From an uncultured Alphaproteobacteria bacterium (GTDB lineage Bacteria; Pseudomonadota; Alphaproteobacteria; Methylaequorales; Methylaequoraceae): a DNA stretch of 64,000 nucleotides. Positions 39,391-47,976 of this stretch are shown here, piece after piece; position 1 is the stretch's first letter; each line of letters starts with the position of its first letter. The stretch covers positions 84,089 to 148,088 of the forward strand of contig CACCYL010000002.1 in assembly GCA_902550225.1 (NCBI GenBank), given 5' to 3'. The translations under genes were made by a program, and so were the position numbers. Below the pieces are notes generated by a model. That model ran no database searches. It was given only the letters and a program-made list of their open reading frames with translations, and was not told the DNA's origin.

Positions 39391-40260
39391 TCATTTGGAA
39401 ATAGTATTAAATTCCCTTGCATAACTGCGAAGTTTATCAATCATCACATTTCGTTGTTTGTCCGACGAAATTGCTAACATTTTTATTAAAAGTATCTTGA
39501 AACGAGATATTGAAGCTTGAGAAAAATCTTCATAATTGGGATTTATAATTTCATGGCCTCTTATCAAGAGTTTGTTTAAATAAGCATTAAGCTCTGCTTC
39601 ATTTGTCTGAGATTTCATAAATCTTACGAATGCTTTTTGACGTAGTGTCCTGTTATGCAAACGAACCCTTGCGTCATTAAGTGTTTCATGCGAATGGGTT
39701 TCTAGAATTTCAATTTGAGCATTTGTTAGATCTCCAAAAAATCTTTTAAAATTTTTACTTAACTTATCAAAACGATCTTTATATCTTATTTCTCTTGGTT
39801 CCGAAAGTTTGATGATACGTTCTTGTTGACGCATCAACATTTGCTTTTTCATAAATTCGATAGCTTCATCATTATTGATGCGAGTGAGAAACCTTGATGC
39901 ATTTGGTGTTAAACCAACAATAGTATCTTCAATTAGAGTACGACCTTCATCAATAATTATAGTTATTTTGTTTGCATCATATTCTCCCATTTCTAATGTA
40001 TCTGCAATATTATCTAGGTAGGAAGCGTAACTTGGCATCATTGATGTTCTGTGCCAATTTATCATTTCTGAAACTTGCTGATTCATCAGTAATTTTTCTT
40101 CTTCATCCAAATCTAGAAAGTAATTAATCTCATCTTTAATGAATTTATCCGTAAATGAATAGATTAGTCGAGTACTTGAACAAGCCGTTACTAAAATGAT
40201 AAAAAATAACAATGATAAGGAATGATAAACCTGTTGTTTAGAAAAAATTGTCATTACCAT
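39391..40260 (-). CDS. lipoprotein, unknown function
   Basis: Lipobox LVTAC after a hydrophobic h-region. Confidence 0.5.
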   Translation of the reverse strand: MVMTIFSKQQVYHSLSLLFFIILVTACSSTRLIYSFTDKFIKDEINYFLDLDEEEKLLMNQQVSEMINWHRTSMMPSYASYLDNIADTLEMGEYDANKITIIIDEGRTLIEDTIVGLTPNASRFLTRINNDEAIEFMKKQMLMRQQERIIKLSEPREIRYKDRFDKLSKNFKRFFGDLTNAQIEILETHSHETLNDARVRLHNRTLRQKAFVRFMKSQTNEAELNAYLNKLLIRGHEIINPNYEDFSQASISRFKILLIKMLAISSDKQRNVMIDKLRSYAREFNTISK

Positions 40261-40355
40261 TTAATTTTATAGCTTGTTATAGTTGACGCAATTACGAAAA
40301 ACTTTGTGCTTTTTTTTATTCTATAAATAATTTAAATAAACCAACTCTATCGTAA

Positions 40356-40730
40356 CTAATCAAAACTAAGTGTGTTAAAATATTCATTTATGTCACCAGA
40401 ATAAAAAATGCAGTCTCCTACTTTTGAATTATTTAAATGAACGCCTATAAAGAGTTCTAAAGTTTTTCGTAAAATTTCTCTGGTAAATATATCACCCTCT
40501 ACATCAAGCTTTATAAACTTTTGAGTGATTTCATAAAGACCATTATTTTTATAATAATCGCTTTCTGAGTTTGACGATGCGTGTCTTATAACTTCATTAT
40601 TATTTAAAAACTCATATCCAAATACTTGGTATTTTCCCTCACAAATAAGATTCTTTCCAATTAAATTATCAAATGACATTACTTCAAAAGATAGAAATGA
40701 ATAAATAAATATTAGTAATAACTTTTTCAT
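40356..40730 (-). CDS. secreted hypothetical protein
   Basis: Signal peptide MKKLLLIFIYSFLSFEVMS. Confidence 0.45.
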   Translation of the reverse strand: MKKLLLIFIYSFLSFEVMSFDNLIGKNLICEGKYQVFGYEFLNNNEVIRHASSNSESDYYKNNGLYEITQKFIKLDVEGDIFTREILRKTLELFIGVHLNNSKVGDCIFYSGDINEYFNTLSFD

Positions 40731-40785
40731 TAATTTTATTTCATTGTAAATGTTTTCAAAGGAATTAATAACCGGATTAATTTAA

Positions 40786-41460
40786 TTACCTAATTCTGGA
40801 AAGGACAGTCCATATCATTCTCAAAGATATTAAATTTTTGAATACACCAACTACATAGGTAAAAGCTGCAGCTCGAAGAATAGAACGACATGAATCATGA
40901 TAAACTGCTGGAATTTTTTTTTTAATAATTGGCATAGCTTTATTAAAACTTGCATCTAATTCCACTTCAAGTGTAACAAGATGAATAACTACCCCAACAA
41001 ATAAGCTTAGTAGAATAAGTAAAATGCATACTTTAATAAGTGGAAGGTAACCTGTAGCAAATATTATTGGTAGTCCAATATAAATAACAGCAAATGCGAT
41101 TTTATTAATCCATAGAGTATTTTTAACAAGTTTTGTTCTTGTAATCAGTGGAGTGTAGTTTTCAGCGTGTTGAATTGCATGACCTATTTCATGACAAATA
41201 ATTGAAATAGATGTTAAACTTTTTTTTCTAAGTCTATCTTCTCTTACTTTGACTTTTCTCTGATCTAGATCATAGTGATCGCCTATTAAGGTTTTCTCCA
41301 AACAAACGTCTTTTAATTCCAATTCTTTAATTAGCTGATTCCCAAATTCAATGCCATTAAAGGGCATATTCGGTAAGATTTCATCATTCTTTTTAAAAAC
41401 ATAATTGATCCAAATAACCGGAAGAATTGATATTGATAAAAGAACAATTAGAAAAATCAT
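40786..41460 (-). CDS. membrane zinc metallopeptidase (YugP family)
   Basis: HEIGHAIQH (HExxH), an N-terminal TM helix and C-terminal TM helices. Confidence 0.75.
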   Translation of the reverse strand: MIFLIVLLSISILPVIWINYVFKKNDEILPNMPFNGIEFGNQLIKELELKDVCLEKTLIGDHYDLDQRKVKVREDRLRKKSLTSISIICHEIGHAIQHAENYTPLITRTKLVKNTLWINKIAFAVIYIGLPIIFATGYLPLIKVCILLILLSLFVGVVIHLVTLEVELDASFNKAMPIIKKKIPAVYHDSCRSILRAAAFTYVVGVFKNLISLRMIWTVLSRIR

Positions 41461-41731
41461 AATATTTATTTAATGTATAAATTAATATTAGCTAGATGTT
41501 TATAAATATAAATTATTTTTCTACGTAATTATCGTATGATTTTGTATTCAATGTGAATAAAAAATAACAGAAGATAATCTACATTTAAAATATTTATTAA
41601 TAATTGCTTACATAGTTTAGTAATAACATTTCTTTTCAAATACATTAACAAGATATGAATATTAGAATCAGTAAACGTTAATTTAGATTTAATATAATGA
41701 ACTTTAATATTAACTTTTTAAAGGATAAATA

Positions 41732-41809
41732 ATGGCTTGGACAAAACCTATGATTTCTGAAATCTCTGTAGGTCTTGAAATCAATTCTTACGCTTGCGCT
41801 GAGAAGTAG
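41732..41809 (+). CDS. PqqA-like 25-aa peptide, copy 2 (identical peptide)
   Basis: AAGGA RBS. The only differences from copy 1 are two synonymous substitutions (CCA/CCT, GTT/GTA) and a TAA/TAG stop. Confidence 0.6.
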   Translation: MAWTKPMISEISVGLEINSYACAEK

Positions 41810-41839
41810 TTTCAAACTATAGATTAATTTCTTTAAAAA

Positions 41840-41867
41840 GCCTGGCTAAGCAGTCAGGTTTTTTTTT
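41840..41867. terminator. rho-independent terminator after PqqA-like copy 2; probably bidirectional, since it also abuts the minus-strand gene at 41873
   Basis: Stem CCTGGCT/AGTCAGG, loop AAGC, then T10. Confidence 0.75.
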
Positions 41868-41872
41868 GTCTT

Positions 41873-42280
41873 TTAAAAATTGCAAATGAATTTAATTTTC
41901 TCGAAGTTTTCACTCATTAATTTCGGATGAATCCATTCTGAATCATCTGATTCAGTGTTTAAATTTTTTTTATATTCAAATGTTCTTCCTCTACCCATAT
42001 TAGTCTTGTAATCAATTATAGTAATAACTTTAAATCTTTTATTTTTACAATCATACTTAGTATAAAACTTTGTACTTAGTTTTTCTTTTTTTTGTGCGAT
42101 TTTGTAATCAAACATACTCCAGATGTAAATAATATCATCGATTTTTTTGATTGATTCCATTTCAAAATATTCTGTAAAAGTTTTATGCGCACGGAATACT
42201 TTCCATTTTCCGTAACAACAGGAAAACGAAAAAAAATAAAGAAATAAAAAAATAAATTTATTTTTAAGAAAAATTTGCAT
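41873..42280 (-). CDS. secreted hypothetical protein
   Basis: Signal peptide MQIFLKNKFIFLFLYFFSFSCCYG. Confidence 0.45.
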   Translation of the reverse strand: MQIFLKNKFIFLFLYFFSFSCCYGKWKVFRAHKTFTEYFEMESIKKIDDIIYIWSMFDYKIAQKKEKLSTKFYTKYDCKNKRFKVITIIDYKTNMGRGRTFEYKKNLNTESDDSEWIHPKLMSENFEKIKFICNF

Positions 42281-42377
42281 GATTCAATTATTATTTTTAA
42301 TTTCTATCCTATAAAATATAGGTTGTCTTTTTAAGACATATTAATATTACATTGATATGAGTCTGGTAATTAGATCC

Positions 42378-42998
42378 TCAAATAACATTATTGAAACTTA
42401 ATAATCGAAATTGTCCACCTTTGTGTTTATTATCCTTTTTGGAAACCATTTCAAGAACACTATAGCTTTGATATGTAACTTCCAATCCAATTGCAAATTC
42501 AGGTTTAATTTGTAAAGCATGAGATAATATTGCCCTTATTGTACCTGCGTGTGTTATGATCAAAATACTCTGCCCAGCTTTTACTTTTAATTTTTTGAGC
42601 CAAATCTCTACTCTTTTACTCTGTTCTAGAAAACTTTCTCCATTTGGCGGTGAAAATTCAGGAGAAATAAATGAAAAATTATGTTTGTCTTCATTTTTAT
42701 TTATAAGTTTCCAAATTTCAGAAATTTTTTTTCCTGACCAATCTCCGAAGCTTTGTTCAACCAGATTGTTTTCTGTAATGATTTTTGAATACTGTTTATA
42801 TCTTGATAAAGCTTCTGCTGTTTGAATTGTTCGTTTTAAAGGACTCACATACCAATCACAATTATCTGGTAAACAAGTTGCCAATTTTTTAATTTTATTA
42901 TTTTTTATAATTGCATCTGGATTATGTTCAGAAAAAAAACCCGTAATTTGTTTTACAGGTGCATGCCGTATTAAAAATAATTTCGACGGTTTAATCAA
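42378..42998 (-). CDS. cobC: alpha-ribazole phosphatase (histidine phosphatase family)
   Basis: RHG-type motif (LIRHAP) and a catalytic His (ITHAGT). It is operonic with cobS and cobT. Confidence 0.7.
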   Translation of the reverse strand: MIKPSKLFLIRHAPVKQITGFFSEHNPDAIIKNNKIKKLATCLPDNCDWYVSPLKRTIQTAEALSRYKQYSKIITENNLVEQSFGDWSGKKISEIWKLINKNEDKHNFSFISPEFSPPNGESFLEQSKRVEIWLKKLKVKAGQSILIITHAGTIRAILSHALQIKPEFAIGLEVTYQSYSVLEMVSKKDNKHKGGQFRLLSFNNVI

Positions 42999-43780
42999 TT
43001 TACAACCAGAATCATTATAATATTTCCAAATAAAAACATTATATCTGTTAAGAAAGCGATTGCTCCTAATATGTCTCCGTTAATACCTCCTATGGCCTTT
43101 TTCGATTTTTTTCCAATTAAAAGTATTGTTAAGGTCATTAAGATTATGCCGAATAATATTCCATAGATATCTAACACAAACAATGTAGGTAATATCCAAG
43201 TTAAAGTAGCTATAAATAAACACTTATTTGAAATTTTTCCAACTATACTCGCTGTTTTTGCAAACTCTGAATTATTGAATAAGTTTCTTGCTATCATAAT
43301 AGAGAGTTTGCCGGTAGCAAATCCAATGGAAAAAATAGCAACTAATGGATACCCTGACTCGAATAAAGCTAATATTATTCCTAGTTTAAGCAAAATACCT
43401 AATACTAATGACATTACTCCATAGGTTCCAAGGCGACTATCATGAATAATTTTATCAATATTTCTAGGAGAGCCTCCTGCACCGAGGCCGTCTGCAGTAT
43501 CCGCTAATCCATCTTCATGAAAAGCGCCAGTAAGGAGAACACTTAATGTGATAGCTATAACACAAGATAAATAAACAGGAAGTCCCACTTGAATTAGTAT
43601 ATCCCCTGCACCACCAGATAAAATTCCTACTAAAAAACCAACTGATGGAAAAGACCAACTAGCTCTTGTTAAATCTGGTGCTTTTTTTGAGAAATAGGAC
43701 CATTTTACCGGTATTCTAGTAAAGAACATAAGTGTTGCAAAAAAATCCATTACATATTTATTTTTAAGAAGTAAATGCAT
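42995..43780 (-). CDS. cobS: adenosylcobinamide-GDP ribazoletransferase (cobalamin synthase)
   Basis: CobS-family N-terminus (FFATLMFFTRIPV) and polytopic membrane topology. Confidence 0.8.
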   Translation of the reverse strand: MHLLLKNKYVMDFFATLMFFTRIPVKWSYFSKKAPDLTRASWSFPSVGFLVGILSGGAGDILIQVGLPVYLSCVIAITLSVLLTGAFHEDGLADTADGLGAGGSPRNIDKIIHDSRLGTYGVMSLVLGILLKLGIILALFESGYPLVAIFSIGFATGKLSIMIARNLFNNSEFAKTASIVGKISNKCLFIATLTWILPTLFVLDIYGILFGIILMTLTILLIGKKSKKAIGGINGDILGAIAFLTDIMFLFGNIIMILVVN

Positions 43781-43782
43781 AA

Positions 43783-44805
43783 TTAAATTTTTTTACTTAT
43801 CCCTGCTTCTGAAAACGTCGACATTTTGTTGTGAGTGGTCAAAGCTGCTCTTATTATCAAACTTGCTACTACTGCTCCGCTTCCCTCACCAAGTCTCATG
43901 TTTAAGTTAAGTATAGGCTTTTTTTTAAGATGAGAAATTACTCCTGAATGACCTGGTTCAGAAGATTGGTGAGAAATTAAACAATGATCCAATATATTCT
44001 TTTTAAAAAGAGTTAGAGTAGCAGCAGATACAGTTGTAATAAAACCATCCAATAAAACAGGTATACCTTTGACCCTTGCTGCGATTACTGATCCTGCAAT
44101 TGCTGCCATTTCTCTTCCACCAAATGCCTCAAAGATTTTACCAACAGTTTTAAAATTCTTACCATGTAACTTCAATCCACTCTTAATAATAGAAATTTTA
44201 TGTTTAAGTTTTTGTTTAGAAATGCCCGTACCTAAACCTGTCCATTTTTCAACAGATTCATTAAAAAGTGCGCATGAAATAGCAGTTGCTGCTGAGGTAT
44301 TAGATATACCCATTTCTCCCAATATTAACAAATCACAATCTTTTGAAACAGAATCAAATCCTAATTGCATTGCTTCAATTATCTCGCTTTGTTCCATTGC
44401 TTTTTCTTTTGAAAAATCCTTAGTAGGTGTTTCAAGCTTTATTGGAATAACTGATAATTTTACTTTAGCTAAATTACATAGTTGGTTAATTGCAGCTCCT
44501 CCATTTTTAAAGTTAGCAACCATTTGCTTTGTTACTTCTGCAGGATAAGCAGACACTTTTTTATTTGCTACACCATGATTAGCAGCATAAATGATGCATT
44601 GAAAACTATCCATTTTAGGTTTTTTTCTTTTTTGCCAACCAGCCATCCAAATAGCATAATCTTCTAATCGACCTAAACTCCCAATTGGTTTTGTAAGTTT
44701 ATTTTGATGTTTTCTAGCCAAATTAGCATAATATTCATGGAACGATTTAAGTGGGACTTTGCCATTATTATTTAGCAAAATTTTAATAATATTATCATTA
44801 GACAT
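43783..44805 (-). CDS. cobT: nicotinate-nucleotide--dimethylbenzimidazole phosphoribosyltransferase
   Basis: CobT signature (GEMGISNTSAATAI, GEGSGA). Confidence 0.85.
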   Translation of the reverse strand: MSNDNIIKILLNNNGKVPLKSFHEYYANLARKHQNKLTKPIGSLGRLEDYAIWMAGWQKRKKPKMDSFQCIIYAANHGVANKKVSAYPAEVTKQMVANFKNGGAAINQLCNLAKVKLSVIPIKLETPTKDFSKEKAMEQSEIIEAMQLGFDSVSKDCDLLILGEMGISNTSAATAISCALFNESVEKWTGLGTGISKQKLKHKISIIKSGLKLHGKNFKTVGKIFEAFGGREMAAIAGSVIAARVKGIPVLLDGFITTVSAATLTLFKKNILDHCLISHQSSEPGHSGVISHLKKKPILNLNMRLGEGSGAVVASLIIRAALTTHNKMSTFSEAGISKKI

Positions 44806-44975
44806 ATTTAAATATCAAATATACTCTTTAAAATTAAGCTATATTACTTTTGTAATTGATAGTCTAGTTTTTAATAAAAGCTGTAATAAATTAGTCCAAT
44901 ATTGGTATTCATAATTGAAAAGTATTAAAATTAACTTTTTAGTTTTTTAAATTAGTAAATATTAAAACCTTAATT

Positions 44976-46034
44976 TTGAGAGCAAAATTGCGAAGATTTT
45001 TATTTTATCCATTATTTATTATTTTTACTTATCTATTTTACGTTTATCCCTTTAGAACTCTTATTTCTATGATTACCGATGACGAAATCTTAAATTTCAA
45101 TTCGTTTGTTGTAAGTTTATTTTTTTCAGCGTTAATAATTTATAACTCAAAATTAAAAAATACTTTTTTATTTTCTAAATTGTTAATTTATGAAGGATTA
45201 GGAATTGGGTTCATAAGTTTTTGGATAGTTAATTTGGGATTATTTATTGACATTTTTAATATCATAGAATCTTACAACTTAGGTATAGTCTGCATTCTAA
45301 TTATATTGATTCTGACATTATTAAGTTTTTATAATGGTAGTAAAATTAACATTAAAAAATTAAATGTTTATTCTTCAAAATTAAAAAAACCTTTAAAATT
45401 AATTTTTCTCAGTGATATTCATTTAGGAACAAATACTATTGAGCACTTAGAGAAAATTAATAAAAAAATAATTAAGCTTGAATTTGATTTTATATTGGTG
45501 GGAGGAGATTTAATTGATTCGAGTTCATTTGAATTAAAAGATTTAAAGATTTTAAAAAATTTAAAAAAACCAATTTATTTTATAAGTGGTAATCATGAGT
45601 ATTACATCAAAAACTATCAAGAGAAACTAGGTAAGTTAAATGAATACAACATTAACTTTTTAGATAATAAATCAATAAAATATAAAAATATGAATATTAT
45701 TGGGGTTAGTGATAATCAAAGTACATTAAATCAAACTGAAACTGTTAATAAATTTTATAAGCCAAACTTATTTAATTTGGTAGTTGTGCATAAACCTACC
45801 TTATGGGAATTTATAAATAAACAGATAGATTTGACTTTATCAGGACATACACATAATGGACAAATAGTACCTTTTAACTTTTTAGTAAAACTGAGATTTA
45901 AAAATATTTATGGGTTATACGAAAAATTTCAGTCTAAACTTTATGTTTCGTGTGGCGTTGGTTGTTGGGGGCCAAGAATGAGGCTTGGAAGTACAAATGA
46001 AATTGTTTTACTATCAATTAGTAATCAAGCATAA
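44976..46034 (+). CDS. membrane-anchored metallophosphoesterase (calcineurin-like)
   Basis: LSDIHLG, GGDLID and GNHE motifs with an N-terminal TM region. The annotated start is TTG; an internal ATG start is possible. Confidence 0.7.
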   Translation: MRAKLRRFLFYPLFIIFTYLFYVYPFRTLISMITDDEILNFNSFVVSLFFSALIIYNSKLKNTFLFSKLLIYEGLGIGFISFWIVNLGLFIDIFNIIESYNLGIVCILIILILTLLSFYNGSKINIKKLNVYSSKLKKPLKLIFLSDIHLGTNTIEHLEKINKKIIKLEFDFILVGGDLIDSSSFELKDLKILKNLKKPIYFISGNHEYYIKNYQEKLGKLNEYNINFLDNKSIKYKNMNIIGVSDNQSTLNQTETVNKFYKPNLFNLVVVHKPTLWEFINKQIDLTLSGHTHNGQIVPFNFLVKLRFKNIYGLYEKFQSKLYVSCGVGCWGPRMRLGSTNEIVLLSISNQA

Positions 46035-46114
46035 CTAGATACCTTTCTATATTAAAACTTTGTCGACTAAATTTTAATAAATTAACTTTTTCTTATTTTT
46101 TAAAAGAAGACTAT

Positions 46115-46498
46115 TTAGTAAAAAATTAAGTCAGCTAAAAAAGCAAAGAAAAAACCTGTGATATAAACTACAAACGAAAAAGTCAATATAACGGAATTTG
46201 TTGACCTTAATTTCAAACATATTTTAGCTTCTGCTGGGTTTGTTGGACATGAAGCATTATTTCTTCTCCATGCCATATAACATGATAAAGCCAACATAAA
46301 ACCTGCTAATATAAAGACATATAATTTATATTTTGATAGAACAACAATCCACGGAAATATTGATACAATGCTAATTAAAGTTGTACCCAATCCAACAGTC
46401 ACAAGCAGAGCTGGTAAAGCACAACAAACTAGCGTACTTAAACTTGTAAATAAACTTAATATTGGTGCAAACAATTCTTTATAGAAATTATTTAACAT
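46115..46498 (-). CDS. MerT-like metal-transport inner membrane protein
   Basis: Three TM helices with a vicinal Cys pair in TM1 (LVCCALPALL) and a second Cys pair in the cytoplasmic loop (SCP...ICL), which is the MerT topology. Confidence 0.55.
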   Translation of the reverse strand: MLNNFYKELFAPILSLFTSLSTLVCCALPALLVTVGLGTTLISIVSIFPWIVVLSKYKLYVFILAGFMLALSCYMAWRRNNASCPTNPAEAKICLKLRSTNSVILTFSFVVYITGFFFAFLADLIFY

Positions 46499-46799
46499 TT
46501 TTTATTTCTCTGACGTCATAACCAGAATCCTTAATCATTTCAGTGATTTTTTCATAACTTAATTTTTGATTTTCTTTAAAATTAATAGTAATCAACATAT
46601 TTTGTAAATTTACTTTTATACCTGCAACTGATTTTTGTTTTGAAAATATTTTTTCAATTGAACGAGCACAAAAATCACACACAAGTCCATTAACGTATAC
46701 GTACAAAATATCACCATTGTATTGTTCATCCGATAGAATTTTACTGCTGTTAAACAATACAAATTGTAAAATAAACAAATAGATAATAATTTTTTTCAT
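46488..46799 (-). CDS. periplasmic heavy-metal-associated (HMA) domain protein, MerP/CopZ-like
   Basis: Signal peptide MKKIIIYLFILQFVLFNSS and the HMA motif GLVCDFC. The start is taken at the internal ATG at 46799. Confidence 0.6.
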   Translation of the reverse strand: MKKIIIYLFILQFVLFNSSKILSDEQYNGDILYVYVNGLVCDFCARSIEKIFSKQKSVAGIKVNLQNMLITINFKENQKLSYEKITEMIKDSGYDVREIKNVK

Positions 46800-46809
46800 T
46801 TTTGCTCCT

Positions 46810-47457
46810 CTAAAATCTTTTAATGAAGTTAAACATAAAGTCTTTGTAGTTATTAAGACCAAACTCTGCTAAATAATCTCCTTTAAAAACTCTCAACATT
46901 GGAGTAAATGTCAAGTTTTTACGACTTCCAGGCATATGATTGGCTTGAAGCATTATCCAAGTATGTAAATATCCATATTCAGCCAAATAAGGAGCCACTC
47001 CAATTCTAAATTGTTGTGAAAAAAATCTATCTATTGAAGATGCATAAGTAGCTTGATTCTGATAACTTGTAAAAAAACTTCTATCTTCCCAATCAAATAA
47101 AATGCCTGTGAAAAGGGATGGTTCAAATTTATTTTCAAAAGCTTCATAATTACTATTTGCTAAACCTATTCCGTTCTTTAAATAAAAATTTGTTTGCGAC
47201 TTAGGTTTATTTAGTCTTTTTATGAGATAATTTAATTGAAGTCCATGAAATTGCCATTCTTTTTCTCTCCAATATTCTGCTCTATAACCTATTGAATAAT
47301 CAATTGATGGACTATAATGCAAATGAAAACTATGTTTACTAAAATCATTTGCCTGCATTAATGTCCAGCCTCCAGGATATGAAATTGGTCTAGCATTAAT
47401 ATCTTTTATGACTATAAAAGTGCACAAAAGAACTATTTTGCATAAAAATATCTTCAT
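46810..47457 (-). CDS. secreted hypothetical protein, aromatic-rich (possible beta-barrel)
   Basis: Signal peptide MKIFLCKIVLLCTFIVIKDINA. Confidence 0.45.
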   Translation of the reverse strand: MKIFLCKIVLLCTFIVIKDINARPISYPGGWTLMQANDFSKHSFHLHYSPSIDYSIGYRAEYWREKEWQFHGLQLNYLIKRLNKPKSQTNFYLKNGIGLANSNYEAFENKFEPSLFTGILFDWEDRSFFTSYQNQATYASSIDRFFSQQFRIGVAPYLAEYGYLHTWIMLQANHMPGSRKNLTFTPMLRVFKGDYLAEFGLNNYKDFMFNFIKRF

Positions 47458-47520
47458 CTTTTCTCCTAATAATCAGAAATAAATTCAAGACAAACTTTGT
47501 CTCAAAACTTTGAAATAAAA

Positions 47521-47856
47521 TTAGGAAAAAAGTTTTGGCGGGGGTGGTCTTAGTAAAGGGTTTAGGGAATCAAATGTAAACGTTAAGTTATCAAAAAAAG
47601 AATTAGCGATTTGAGCATCTAAAATATAGTCAACTTGAAATGTATTTATTTGAGTATAATAACACTCACAATTAAAACATACGTCTTCAACATCATTTGA
47701 TTGAGAATGACATGATTTGTTAGAGTGAGCATTATTTGTTTCATTAAGTTGAGAATATTTTTTATCTAAACAATACGAAATAACTTTAGCTGAGATCGTC
47801 AAACTAGACAGACTAAATATTAAAACACTTAAAATAAAAAATTTTACGTGACTCAT
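47521..47856 (-). CDS. small secreted Cys/His-rich protein
   Basis: Signal peptide followed by CHSQSNDVEDVCFNCECYY and a PPPP tail. It is divergent from the Zur-box promoter. Confidence 0.45.
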   Translation of the reverse strand: MSHVKFFILSVLIFSLSSLTISAKVISYCLDKKYSQLNETNNAHSNKSCHSQSNDVEDVCFNCECYYTQINTFQVDYILDAQIANSFFDNLTFTFDSLNPLLRPPPPKLFS

Positions 47857-47909
47857 AATTACAAACTATTAAAAGTTTTAAAAAAATCAATGATTTTATT
47901 TGATTGGGG

Positions 47910-47941
47910 TTGACATAGAACAAAGTGTTATAATATAACAT
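47910..47941 (+). promoter_or_regulatory. sigma70-like promoter (TTGACA -35, TAATAT -10) overlapping a Zur box (GTGTTATAATATAACAT)
   Basis: TTGACA at 47910-47915, then a 15-nt spacer and TAATAT at 47931-47936, which lies inside the box. The palindrome TGTTATAATATAACA at 47927-47941 overlaps the -10 and sits 36 nt upstream of the TBDT start codon. Confidence 0.65.
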
Positions 47942-47976
47942 AAATTAATATCAACATCTTATTTAATGGAAAATCA

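Noticed and set aside
44806-44975. Possible cobalamin riboswitch upstream of cobT
   Set aside because: The 170-nt region is uniformly AT-rich and has no B12-box-like GCCACTG element or GC-rich pairing segments on either strand.
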